From a virus, in the IMG/VR virus record IMGVR_UViG_3300029479_000009, positions 1 through 41,147 of that record: 41,147 nucleotides of DNA; one strand, written 5' to 3'. The notes under the pieces were generated by a model. That model made no database searches and was not told the origin of the DNA. It saw only the letters and a program-made list of their open reading frames with translations. Below are positions 7,408 to 15,008 of the stretch, in pieces (positions within the stretch are counted from its first letter, which is position 1; each line of letters starts with the position of its first letter). Both the position numbers and the translations under genes were made by a program.

Positions 7408-7718
7408 TTAACGGCTACGGATTCGGTTACGGCGACGGCGACGGCTCCGGTTCCGGTTCCGGCGACGGCGACGGCTCCGGCTACGGTTCCGGCTCCGGCT
7501 CCGGTCCCGGCTACGGCTACGGCTACGGTTCCGGTTCCGGCTACGGTTCCGGCTACGGTTCCGGTTCCGGTTCCGGCTACGGTTCCGGCTACGGTTCCGG
7601 CTACGGTTCCGGCTACGGTTCCGGCTCCGGTTCCGGCGACGGCGACGGCTCCGGCTTCAGCGACGGCTTCAGCAACGGCTTCAGCTCCGGCCGCGGCGAC
7701 GGCTCCGGCAACGGCTGA
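7395..7718 (+). CDS. Gly/Ser/Tyr/Asp low-complexity protein (107 aa) encoded by a hexamer tandem repeat
   Basis: GTG start 7 nt after GAGGAGG, overlapping the end of 7036..7407. Translation GYGFGYGDGDGSGSGSGDGDGSGYGSGSGSGPGYGYGYGSGSGYGSGYGS... The stop falls directly after the repeat tract. The other two forward frames are also open across the tract. Confidence 0.45.
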   Translation: MENVINGYGFGYGDGDGSGSGSGDGDGSGYGSGSGSGPGYGYGYGSGSGYGSGYGSGSGSGYGSGYGSGYGSGYGSGSGSGDGDGSGFSDGFSNGFSSGRGDGSGNG

Positions 7719-7729
7719 TTTTTACAACT

Positions 7730-7800
7730 CCAATGATGGCAGGAGGATAAATAAAAGCCATTGCCAGCGCGAAAGCGTAAAATATTTTTTAGAAATGAGG
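7730..7800 (+). repeat. Repeated structured element, copy C, immediately upstream of gene 7809
   Basis: Aligns to 6951-7026. Hairpin 1 is GATGGC/GCCATT, with two compensatory changes relative to copy B. Hairpin 2 is CGC-GAAA-GCG. Confidence 0.65.
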
Positions 7801-7808
7801 GAACAAAA

Positions 7809-8093
7809 ATGAGCTGTGAAAAATGCAGATCGAACGAACATCACGTGTCCCGGCGCGAGTATAGCCGCGACGCCAAGCAGATGGGCCGGGCCATGTACAA
7901 CATGCTGCTGAACGGTCTGCTGGACAAGTCGCAGGCGATCCTCACCGTGCAGGAAACGCGGGACGCCTACTCCTACTGTCGTTCTCTGGTCGAGAAGGAC
8001 ATCCGGACGTTGGTGTTTTCCTACATCCCGGACGTCCCTGATGACGCGGAGGACGTTGTGCACGAACCCACGGTCGGCGAAGTGATGCTCTGA
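7809..8093 (+). CDS. Hypothetical protein (94 aa)
   Basis: Internal ATG of ORF 7761..8093 with a GAGGGA RBS. Confidence 0.5.
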   Translation: MSCEKCRSNEHHVSRREYSRDAKQMGRAMYNMLLNGLLDKSQAILTVQETRDAYSYCRSLVEKDIRTLVFSYIPDVPDDAEDVVHEPTVGEVML

Positions 8094-8106
8094 AAGGACG
8101 GTCAAG

Positions 8107-8712
8107 ATGTCAACTAAAACCAACCCCCGGCGTCGTGGGCCGTCTGCGGGCGTTTCTGGCGGGGTTTTGGCCGAGCCTATCAGTTTCCCGGTCAATGGCC
8201 CGAAAGCCCCGCAAATCAATCCAGAGGAATGCGTGGTGCGGTGCATTGAGGCATCTGCAGACGGCATCCGCGTTGTGGTGCTTCCCCGTGTGGTGGACGT
8301 CCGGCGGATGCTCAACGAAACCTACGGGAATCTCGGATGGGGAGATACCTATTACCGCTCCGGAAGCTGGTGGCGGTGCCAGATCGAGGTACTTTCCCCT
8401 GCTACAGGGCTCTACGTTCGTAAGGATGCCGGACCGCTGGATATTCCCACTGCAAACCCCGACCGGATGCAGGAAAACACCAGCTTCCTGGCTGCCGCTG
8501 CCATGCTGGGCTTTGCCGAGGACGTGATGGAGCTTGGCCCCATCTTCCTCAAAGCGGACCAGGTGCCCGTGGCAAAGACCGAAAAAGGCAAATACTATCC
8601 GGCAGTCAAGCTCACGGTGGACAAGTTCGCCCGGTCTGACGACGGCCACATCTGCATGGTGCAGCTTCTCCGGGCAGACGGCCAGAAAGTCCTATGGGAC
8701 GAAAAGGCGTGA
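8107..8712 (+). CDS. Rad52/Sak-like single-strand annealing protein (201 aa)
   Basis: Segment VVDVRRMLNETYGNLGWGDTYY matches the Rad52-family core pattern (R..L.e.fG..gW). The gene sits next to NinB and SSB in the recombination block. Confidence 0.5.
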   Translation: MSTKTNPRRRGPSAGVSGGVLAEPISFPVNGPKAPQINPEECVVRCIEASADGIRVVVLPRVVDVRRMLNETYGNLGWGDTYYRSGSWWRCQIEVLSPATGLYVRKDAGPLDIPTANPDRMQENTSFLAAAAMLGFAEDVMELGPIFLKADQVPVAKTEKGKYYPAVKLTVDKFARSDDGHICMVQLLRADGQKVLWDEKA

Positions 8713-9251
8713 TCGGCCAGCTGGCCGTGGTGTATGATCCGGCCCGGCGGGCGTTCACGGTGGAAAAGGCTGTGGATTTTGTGAAAACCCAGCTCTTCCA
8801 GAAGCTTGATGAGCTGGCCCGCGGCAAGCCGCTGCGGCTGGTGCTCACCTTTGAGCCCGAGACCCGGCGGCGCACCCTGAGCCAGAACCGCATGATGTGG
8901 GCGCTGCTCACCGTCATGGCCGATCACTACAACGGCGGCAGGGCGGGCGGCATGAAGCCGGAAGACTGCTACGTCCAGATGCTGGAAGAGTACGGCGTGG
9001 ACTTCGATTTTCTGGAGGTGCCCGTGGGGGCCGTCCCCATCTTGCGCACGGCTTACAAGCTGGTGCACGTCGTGGAGCTTCTGGATGATGACCGCTGCAC
9101 CGTCAAGTGCCTGCGGGGATCCAGCAGCTTCACCACTGCCCAGATGGCGGATTTTATCGACGGCATATTTGACAGGCTGGCGGAGATGGGCGTCAACGAC
9201 CCCAACGTCACGGCCTACTGGATGGAATGGCAGGAGGTGCCAAGAAAGTGA
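8694..9251 (+). CDS. ninB: NinB/Orf-family recombination mediator (185 aa)
   Basis: RTLSQNRMMWALL compares with lambda NinB RSLDQNRKLWACL. The C-terminal GSSSFTTAQMADFIDGIFDRLAEMGV parallels the NinB tail. Confidence 0.6.
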   Translation: MGRKGVIGQLAVVYDPARRAFTVEKAVDFVKTQLFQKLDELARGKPLRLVLTFEPETRRRTLSQNRMMWALLTVMADHYNGGRAGGMKPEDCYVQMLEEYGVDFDFLEVPVGAVPILRTAYKLVHVVELLDDDRCTVKCLRGSSSFTTAQMADFIDGIFDRLAEMGVNDPNVTAYWMEWQEVPRK

Positions 9252-9541
9252 AAGACACTGATTACACATACAAGCTGATGGTGCGTTTGTACCAGCTGCT
9301 TGATCACGGGCAACACTATCACGATGCCGTTTTTCTCAACCGAGATTTCCCGTGGCTTTTGAAAGTCACCCAGCTGTATGACCATTTTTCAAAAGAAGCC
9401 TTAACACTTCGCTATGCTATAGCGCCTGCTGTCCACCATGAATGCCATCTTGGACCAGCCTCTCGTGAAATCAGTGAAAGAATTTTTGATTGGGTTATGG
9501 CAGATCAGAAAGGAAAAAAAGATGACGCGCAAACGATTTGA
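9248..9541 (+). CDS. Hypothetical protein (97 aa)
   Basis: GTG start with CAGGAGGTG RBS, GTGA overlap with ninB; lower-GC segment. Confidence 0.4.
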   Translation: MKDTDYTYKLMVRLYQLLDHGQHYHDAVFLNRDFPWLLKVTQLYDHFSKEALTLRYAIAPAVHHECHLGPASREISERIFDWVMADQKGKKDDAQTI

Positions 9542-9749
9542 AAAGCTGCTGATTGCAAAGCACAAATCCCAGGCCCGGGATGTCCGGGAGTCAACTCGGG
9601 CTTTAATCGAAATGCGCCATTACTCTGAGGGAAATAAAGGCGTTTTGATGATCTACGACAAAGAAAATGATTGCTATACGGAGCTAAAGCTTCGTCGATA
9701 CAGTGAAATGCTTGCACGGATAGAGCGAGGTGAAAAAGCACTTGGCTGA
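9522..9749 (+). CDS. Hypothetical protein (75 aa)
   Basis: Internal ATG of ORF 9438..9749 preceded by AAAGGAAAAAAAG. Confidence 0.4.
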   Translation: MTRKRFEKLLIAKHKSQARDVRESTRALIEMRHYSEGNKGVLMIYDKENDCYTELKLRRYSEMLARIERGEKALG

Positions 9750-10047
9750 AAGCATCATGCAGACCCGGAAAGAGTGCTACATCTGCCGACTCAAGTATAA
9801 CGTGATGACTACCACCGGGCTGGAGGAGCACCACGTCCTCAACGGGCCGCTGCGGAAAAAGGCCGAGTATTACGGCCTCAAGGTCTGGCTTTGCCACCGT
9901 CACCACAACGAGCCCGGAAAGGACAGCGCCCATTTTGACAGCAAGACCCGGCTGCTTCTCAAGCAAGCGGGACAGCGGGCTTTTGAATCCTGGTATAGTC
10001 ACGAGTTTTGGATGAAAGAGTTCGGAAAGGATTATTTATCATGCTGA
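9730..10047 (+). CDS. Cys/His-rich putative HNH-like/Zn-binding nuclease-associated protein (105 aa)
   Basis: CYIC...EEHHVLNGPLRKKAEYYGLKVWLCHRHHNE pattern; family not assigned with certainty. Confidence 0.35.
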   Translation: MKKHLAESIMQTRKECYICRLKYNVMTTTGLEEHHVLNGPLRKKAEYYGLKVWLCHRHHNEPGKDSAHFDSKTRLLLKQAGQRAFESWYSHEFWMKEFGKDYLSC

Positions 10048-10499
10048 ATGTAGTAGCGATCATGGGGCGGCTGGTAGCTGACCCGGAATTGCGCACCACG
10101 CCCTCTGGCGTGAGCGTGTGCACGGTGCGCATCGCATGTGACCGGAATTTTGTGCAGCAGGGCCAGGAACGGCAGGCAGATTTCCTGGACGTCGTGGCCT
10201 GGCGCGGCACAGCGGAGTTTATCTCCAAGTATTTTTCCAAGGGCAGCATGGTGGCCGTGCATGGGCACCTGCAAACCCGCAATTACAAGGACAAGAACGG
10301 CAACAGCCGCACCGCGGTGGAGATCGTAGCCGATGATCTGAGTTTTGCCGGGCCCAGCAAGCGCCCGGCGGGCCAGCAGCCCGTGGACGACGGCGGCGAA
10401 GCACCGCCCAGGGATTACCGAGAGCCTGCCCCGGGCTTCTCGCAGGGCAGCGCGGACGACTTTGCCGTCATCGACGACAGCGACGATCTGCCGTTTTGA
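10041..10499 (+). CDS. ssb: Single-stranded DNA-binding protein
   Basis: MLNVVAIMGRLVADPELRTTPSGVSVCTVRIAC... OB-fold N-terminus, a Gly/Pro-rich linker, and the acidic tail DDSDDLPF. Confidence 0.9.
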   Translation: MLNVVAIMGRLVADPELRTTPSGVSVCTVRIACDRNFVQQGQERQADFLDVVAWRGTAEFISKYFSKGSMVAVHGHLQTRNYKDKNGNSRTAVEIVADDLSFAGPSKRPAGQQPVDDGGEAPPRDYREPAPGFSQGSADDFAVIDDSDDLPF

Positions 10500-10514
10500 G
10501 GGGGGGGGTAACGT

Positions 10515-11471
10515 GTGAGCGGTAAAAAGAAGAAATTCACGAATTACATCGTGATCCAGCCGTGGATGTTTAGCAATTTGAAGCTCTCTGGAAATGAGGC
10601 CATCGTCTTTGCCATCGTCTATGGCTTCTCACAGGACGGGAAAAGCTGGTATCGCGGCGGCTCCTACTACATCGAGCAGACTACCCCCTTTACACAGCGC
10701 ACAGCCAAAACGCATCTCTGGACGCTTGAGAAAATGGGTATCATCGAGATGCAGAAAGAGACCGTGAACGGAGTTGAGCGGAACATTTACCGGGCAACTC
10801 CAGGCGTGGAAGAGATGATTTTCCCCGACAGAAAACCGACCCGTGAGCAGACCGATGACCCGGGAAAAAATTTCACTAGGGAAAATTTTTCACCGGTGAA
10901 AAACACGTCCGAAAACCCGGGAAAAATTTTCACTCAGACCCGGGAAAAATTTTCACGGAAGAAATCTATAGAGAAATCTATAGGGAAATCTATCTATCAG
11001 CGCAAGGCGCCGAAACGGGATGGATTGATGGATTCCGAAACGGATTTTGAAGAGACGCGGGAACGCTTCCGGGAGCAGCTGGAGCTGGACGACTTAGCCC
11101 CACGGTATGACCCGGCAGCACTGGAAGAATTGGTCTCCCTCATCGTCGAGATGTACTGCTGTCCAAACGAGATTCAATACATCGGCAAAATACCTCAGGC
11201 CTCCGTAAGCGTCCGCAAGCTGCTGGACAGGCTGACCGGGCGGCACATCGAGTACATCATGGACAACATGGCCAAAACCACAACCGATGTCAAAAATATC
11301 CGGGCGTATCTGCAAACCACGATACTGAGGGCGGCAACGACGCTGGAGTTTTACGAGATGACCAAAACCTCTGGGCTCTGTGCCCAGCAGACCCAACACC
11401 CGGCGGGGTCCAGTGCCGAAAAGCTGGCCGCTTCCATGCGGAGGATCCAGAAGCGAGGTGATGGAGCATGA
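10515..11471 (+). CDS. Replication initiator / replisome organiser (318 aa) with embedded origin iterons
   Basis: Winged-helix-like N-terminus (LSGNEAIVFAIVYGFS...RTAKTHLWTLEKMGII). GTG start after a G9 tract. An iteron block lies in mid-gene, as in lambda O-type initiators. Confidence 0.6.
   Translation: MSGKKKKFTNYIVIQPWMFSNLKLSGNEAIVFAIVYGFSQDGKSWYRGGSYYIEQTTPFTQRTAKTHLWTLEKMGIIEMQKETVNGVERNIYRATPGVEEMIFPDRKPTREQTDDPGKNFTRENFSPVKNTSENPGKIFTQTREKFSRKKSIEKSIGKSIYQRKAPKRDGLMDSETDFEETRERFREQLELDDLAPRYDPAALEELVSLIVEMYCCPNEIQYIGKIPQASVSVRKLLDRLTGRHIEYIMDNMAKTTTDVKNIRAYLQTTILRAATTLEFYEMTKTSGLCAQQTQHPAGSSAEKLAASMRRIQKRGDGA
10859..10995 (+). repeat. Candidate origin of replication: two iteron families inside the initiator gene
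   Basis: Four copies of (CC)GGGAAAAA(A)TTTTCAC at 10859-76, 10877-93, 10916-33 and 10939-56. Three copies of GAAATCTATAG at 10961-71, 10973-83 and 10985-95. Confidence 0.6.
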
Positions 11472-11656
11472 GCAAAGCGGACGACCTCGCCCAGCACTGG
11501 CCCGCAGACAGCCCTTGCAACGGCTGTGCCTATGCAGCCTGCCGGAACGGCGCGGGTTCCTACTTCCGCAAGTGCAGCCATTTCCGTGAGTGGCTGGCCA
11601 CCCGGTGGCAGGGCTACCAGATCACCATGGAAGAGCTGAAAGCAAAAAGCAGATAA
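11468..11656 (+). CDS. Small Cys-rich hypothetical protein (62 aa)
   Basis: ORF track entry; ATGA overlap with the initiator gene; CNGCAYAAC...C motif. Confidence 0.4.
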   Translation: MSKADDLAQHWPADSPCNGCAYAACRNGAGSYFRKCSHFREWLATRWQGYQITMEELKAKSR

Positions 11657-11679
11657 GCCGAAAAAGAAAGGAAATTGCA

Positions 11680-12480
11680 ATGCGCACCATGACAAAAATC
11701 GCCATCATCAACCTCAAGGGCGGTGTGGGAAAATCCGTCACCGCCTGCAACCTGGCCTGCGTCCTCGGGTGGAAGTACTCCCGGCGGGTGCTGGTCATGG
11801 ACCTGGACAAGCAGGCCAACAGCTCGAAATTTTTCAAGTGCTTTGACCCGGATGAAAAGAGCATGGCCGACGTGCTCACCCTGGAGGCAAAGCTTGGGGA
11901 CGTGATCCAGATCCCGGACTACAAAAATTTTCAGTTCGTGGACGTCGCCCCCAGCTGCATGAACATGATTTTTGCAAACCAGCGGCTCACGCTGGAGACC
12001 ATGCGGCCCCGGCACGACCGCCTGCGGCACGCTCTGGAGCAGCACCGCGAAGATTACGATTACTGCATCATGGACTGCCCGCCCGACATCGACATGGCCA
12101 CGGTCAACGCCCTTGTCTGTGCGGACTGGGTCATCATCCCGGTGGACTGTGGCGAGTGGGCCATGGACGGCTTGCAAGAGATCCTCAAGCAGGTCAAAGA
12201 GGCCAAAGAGGCCTACAACCCGGCGCTGGAAGTGCTCTGCGTCCTGCCCACCATGTACCGCCGCACCCGGTACGGTGCCAAGGCCATCAACCAGCTGGCG
12301 GAAAGCGGGCTGCCGCTCTTCCGGTACGAGGACGGCAGGATTTTGCGTATCGATGCCAGCGTGAAAGTGCAGGAGGCCATCAGCGAGCACATGCCGCTGT
12401 ACGCCTACAGCCCGAAATCCAAAGCCAGCGAGCAGTACATCGAGCTGGCCCGGCATGTGGTCAAGAAAGTGGAGGGGTGA
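11680..12480 (+). CDS. parA: ParA/Soj-type partition ATPase (266 aa)
   Basis: Deviant Walker A box NLKGGVGKS, plus VMDLDKQAN and DYCIMDCPPD motifs; AAAGGAAA RBS. Confidence 0.85.
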   Translation: MRTMTKIAIINLKGGVGKSVTACNLACVLGWKYSRRVLVMDLDKQANSSKFFKCFDPDEKSMADVLTLEAKLGDVIQIPDYKNFQFVDVAPSCMNMIFANQRLTLETMRPRHDRLRHALEQHREDYDYCIMDCPPDIDMATVNALVCADWVIIPVDCGEWAMDGLQEILKQVKEAKEAYNPALEVLCVLPTMYRRTRYGAKAINQLAESGLPLFRYEDGRILRIDASVKVQEAISEHMPLYAYSPKSKASEQYIELARHVVKKVEG

Positions 12481-12484
12481 GCAT

Positions 12485-13579
12485 ATGATGAGCACCGGAC
12501 TTTTGGGCAGTTTTTTGAACCCGCAGTCCCAGAATACCGACCCGGCGGGGCCGATGCATGTGGAGATGCTGCCAATCAGCGACATCATGCCGAACCCCGA
12601 TAACAAAAAAATTTACATCGTGGGCGATGTGGAGCGGCTGAAAGACGATATCAAGGCCAACGGCGTCCGCCAGCCGCTGGAGGTGATCCGGTGGGCCAAC
12701 GGCTATAAGCTCATCGGAGGCGAGCGGCGGCTTACAGCCTGTAAGCAACTGGCTGCTGAGGGTGACGAGCGGTTTACCACTGTCCCCTGCATCATCGTGG
12801 AAAGCAAGGGCGAGCTGGAGGATAAGATTTCCCTCATCACCGCCAACGCCACGGCACGAGACCTGACCGACTGGGAGCGTGTGGCCCAGTATGAGGCCCT
12901 GAAAGAGGCTTTGACCAAGAAAAAGCAGGACGGCAAGCTGGAGGGCAAAGTCCGGGATGAGCTTTGCAGGATTCTGGGTATCAGCACCGGTGCAGCGGCC
13001 CGGCTCAACATTGTGGCTACCACCCAGAACGAGACCATCAAAGAGCGGTTGCGTGATGGAGAGATCGGCTTCATGCAAGCCGTCAAGGATGCTCAGGATT
13101 ATGCCCGATTTATGGGGCAAGCATCCGAGGACCCTGAGCCGGAAAAGCCGCCAAAAGCAGCACCTGCGGTAACGTTACCGAAACCCGCGCCAAAACCACC
13201 GCAGGACATCCATGAAGAGATCGTCCAAAGCATCGAACGGACAGCGCCCAGCGTGTACCGCGTTGCACCACAGGCAGCGAAACCGGAAGAGCCAAAAGGG
13301 CACGGAACCCTGTATAAGCTGGCATGTAAGACCCTGCAAGATGATGCACCGTGGGCCATGGGCTGGGAGGATGTGCAATTTCAGCTGGTGTATTATAGCC
13401 AGCTTCTCCCCGGCGGGGCAACGCTCTGGAAGCGGGTGGATAAGACCCGTCAGGATGCAGGCCAGCCGTGTGAGGACTATGCCATCATCCTACAGGATCA
13501 CAGCTTCTACACCTGCGGCTGGATTTCGTACTATGCAGGGATGCCCGATATTTTGACCAAGTTTTTTGAGCTGAAGTAA
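12485..13579 (+). CDS. parB: ParB-like protein (N-terminal ParB/Srx domain, HTH, long unknown C-terminal region)
   Basis: GVRQPLEV...LIGGERRLTACK (GGERR box), then the HTH-like LCRILGISTGAAARLN; immediately downstream of parA. Confidence 0.75.
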   Translation: MMSTGLLGSFLNPQSQNTDPAGPMHVEMLPISDIMPNPDNKKIYIVGDVERLKDDIKANGVRQPLEVIRWANGYKLIGGERRLTACKQLAAEGDERFTTVPCIIVESKGELEDKISLITANATARDLTDWERVAQYEALKEALTKKKQDGKLEGKVRDELCRILGISTGAAARLNIVATTQNETIKERLRDGEIGFMQAVKDAQDYARFMGQASEDPEPEKPPKAAPAVTLPKPAPKPPQDIHEEIVQSIERTAPSVYRVAPQAAKPEEPKGHGTLYKLACKTLQDDAPWAMGWEDVQFQLVYYSQLLPGGATLWKRVDKTRQDAGQPCEDYAIILQDHSFYTCGWISYYAGMPDILTKFFELK

Positions 13580-13598
13580 ACACCAAGGAGACCACCAC

Positions 13599-14045
13599 AT
13601 GAAACCGCGAGAATTCCGACAGCTGCACGCAATCCCCTTTGACATCAAGGCCCGGAAAGAACGCATCCGGCAGCTGGAGGACAAGCAGGCCGAGGGGCCT
13701 GAGATCGTGGCGGACGTGGTGAAATCCTCTCGCGGGGAGGGTAACGCCTGCATCATGGGCCACGCCACTGTGCGCGGCACCGCAGACGCTGCCTATACCA
13801 AGCGGGAAGCCGAGATCAAACGCCTGAAAAAAATCAACGCCGATCTGGAGGCCCGTTATCTGGAGGGCCAGCGCATCGTGGAGACTTGTGACGACTATCT
13901 CCTCCGCGCTGCTATCTCGGCCATCTGCATCCTGGGCAAAAAGCCGCAGGAGGTGGCCGTGGAATGGATGGAGCAGGGCCGCGACCTGGACGCTGAAGCC
14001 ATCCGGCGGCGGGTAGATCGGTGGGTGGAACAGAATGTGAGGTGA
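13599..14045 (+). CDS. Candidate late-gene transcriptional regulator (sigma region-4-like C-terminus; 148 aa)
   Basis: N-terminal IPFDIKARKERIRQLED and C-terminal LLRAAISAICILGKKPQEVAVEWMEQG resemble phage RinA/DUF1492-type activators; last larger gene before the packaging region. Confidence 0.4.
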   Translation: MKPREFRQLHAIPFDIKARKERIRQLEDKQAEGPEIVADVVKSSRGEGNACIMGHATVRGTADAAYTKREAEIKRLKKINADLEARYLEGQRIVETCDDYLLRAAISAICILGKKPQEVAVEWMEQGRDLDAEAIRRRVDRWVEQNVR

Positions 14046-14050
14046 ATGCA

Positions 14051-14329
14051 ATGGCCGATTTTAAGTTTTGCCCGATAAACGGAAACCCGAATGCCTACTA
14101 TAAATGCTCTCAAAATAATTGCCTTTGGTGGCTAGAAAAAAGAAATCAATGCGCTGTAACTGTGATTGCAAATGAGCTCACTGAAAGGTCAAGAAAAACA
14201 AATTGTTTGATGTGCGAAAATTATCGATTTGGCGGCATGTGCGCAAGAGGTGCTGCTGTGTGCTCATCCAACGATATGAAACAATTTTGTAAGTACTACC
14301 ACGAAAAAGAGGTCTTGGACGATGAATGA
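14051..14329 (+). CDS. Cys-rich hypothetical protein (92 aa)
   Basis: Internal ATG of ORF 14021..14329 after GTGAGGTGA; AT-rich segment; several C..C pairs. Confidence 0.45.
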   Translation: MADFKFCPINGNPNAYYKCSQNNCLWWLEKRNQCAVTVIANELTERSRKTNCLMCENYRFGGMCARGAAVCSSNDMKQFCKYYHEKEVLDDE

Positions 14330-14501
14330 AAAGAATCTGGAAGACAAGGTGCGTGAAGCTGCTAAGACCGGAAAAAACCGCTTTGGTCTGTGCGATGCAT
14401 GTGTTCACCGTATGGGATATGTATGTGAATTCAGACCATGGAGAGACTTGCGATACGTCACAAAAATTGTGAGCTGCCCGGCGCGACAGCGGAAAAAGTA
14501 A
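14322..14501 (+). CDS. Small Cys-rich hypothetical protein (59 aa), below the ORF-track cutoff
   Basis: ATGAATGA overlap with the upstream stop; translation MNEKNLEDKVREAAKTGKNRFGLCDACVHRMGYVCEF...; followed by a terminator. Confidence 0.35.
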   Translation: MNEKNLEDKVREAAKTGKNRFGLCDACVHRMGYVCEFRPWRDLRYVTKIVSCPARQRKK

Positions 14502-14504
14502 AAT

Positions 14505-14545
14505 AAGCGGCTGACTTTGAAAGGCAGAGCAGCCGCTTTTATTTT
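14505..14545 (+). terminator. Rho-independent terminator ending the early operon
   Basis: Stem aagcggctg/cagccgctt followed by TTTTATTTT. Confidence 0.7.
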
Positions 14546-14643
14546 GTCCGAAATGTCCGGGATTTGTCGTTTTGTCCGGAAATGGTCGATTTGTCCGAAA
14601 TGTCCGGATTGTCCGAGAATGGTCAAAATGTCCGGAATGTCCG
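14545..14643 (+). repeat. Iteron array: 11 head-to-tail TGTCCG-type hexamers spaced 9-10 bp apart
   Basis: TGTCCG at 14545, 14554, 14573, 14592, 14601, 14610, 14629 and 14638. Variants are TTGTCG at 14564, TGGTCG at 14583 and TGGTCA at 14620. There is no credible ORF here. Confidence 0.85.
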
Positions 14644-14652
14644 AAAACAGTG

Positions 14653-14661
14653 TGCTATTAT
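14653..14661 (+). promoter_or_regulatory. Possible extended -10 promoter element (TGcTATTAT) directly downstream of the iterons
   Basis: tgtgctattat read directly; no -35 hexamer, so it would depend on an activator; speculative. Confidence 0.3.
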
Positions 14662-14825
14662 TATGCTGCGGGTTTCGGAGATCAGCTCACCGGAAACCGG
14701 AAACATTGCATTTCCCGGCGGGAAGCATAGCGCGGATTCAAGAACTTGCCGTGCTCAATGGGCAAACCCGCGCCGTCCGCTTCAAAGCCCAGCGGCGCAT
14801 TGAGAAAACAGAATCATACAACCCG

Positions 14826-14850
14826 GCGGGTGTCCACAATGGACACCCGC
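14826..14850. repeat. Dispersed palindrome copy 2 (extended, imperfect centre): GCGGGTGTCCA-CAA-TGGACACCCGC
   Basis: 11-bp arms; 9 nt upstream of the tRNA-like gene. Confidence 0.85.
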
Positions 14851-14859
14851 TATTTACAT

Positions 14860-14994
14860 GCCGCCATAGCTCAATGGAAGAGCGCCGTCTTTCTAAGGCG
14901 GGCCATCGCTGGTGACACCTCAAAAATATCACTGTGCATTTCACCACTGCATAAATCCATTTTGAGGGTGCTGGTTCGAGTCCAGCTGGCGGCT
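14860..14994 (+). tRNA. tRNA-like gene with a UCU (Arg) anticodon arm and a 68-nt insertion at the variable-loop position
   Basis: Acceptor stem GCCGCCA/TGGCGGC. D arm GCTC-AATGGAA-GAGC. Anticodon arm CCGTC-TTTCTAA-GGCGG. T arm GCTGG-TTCGAGT-CCAGC. Between them, 14902-14969 is inserted, containing the helix CCTCAAAA/TTTTGAGG. No encoded CCA. Confidence 0.55.
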
Positions 14995-15008
14995 GACGTG
15001 ATTTTAGA

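Noticed and set aside
14545-14643. The possibility that the short-period repeats (here, and at 7413-7700 and 10859-10995) are CRISPR arrays
   Set aside because: The repeat units are 6-17 bp with no unique spacers of 25-40 bp, and there are no cas genes. They are iterons or coding tandem repeats.
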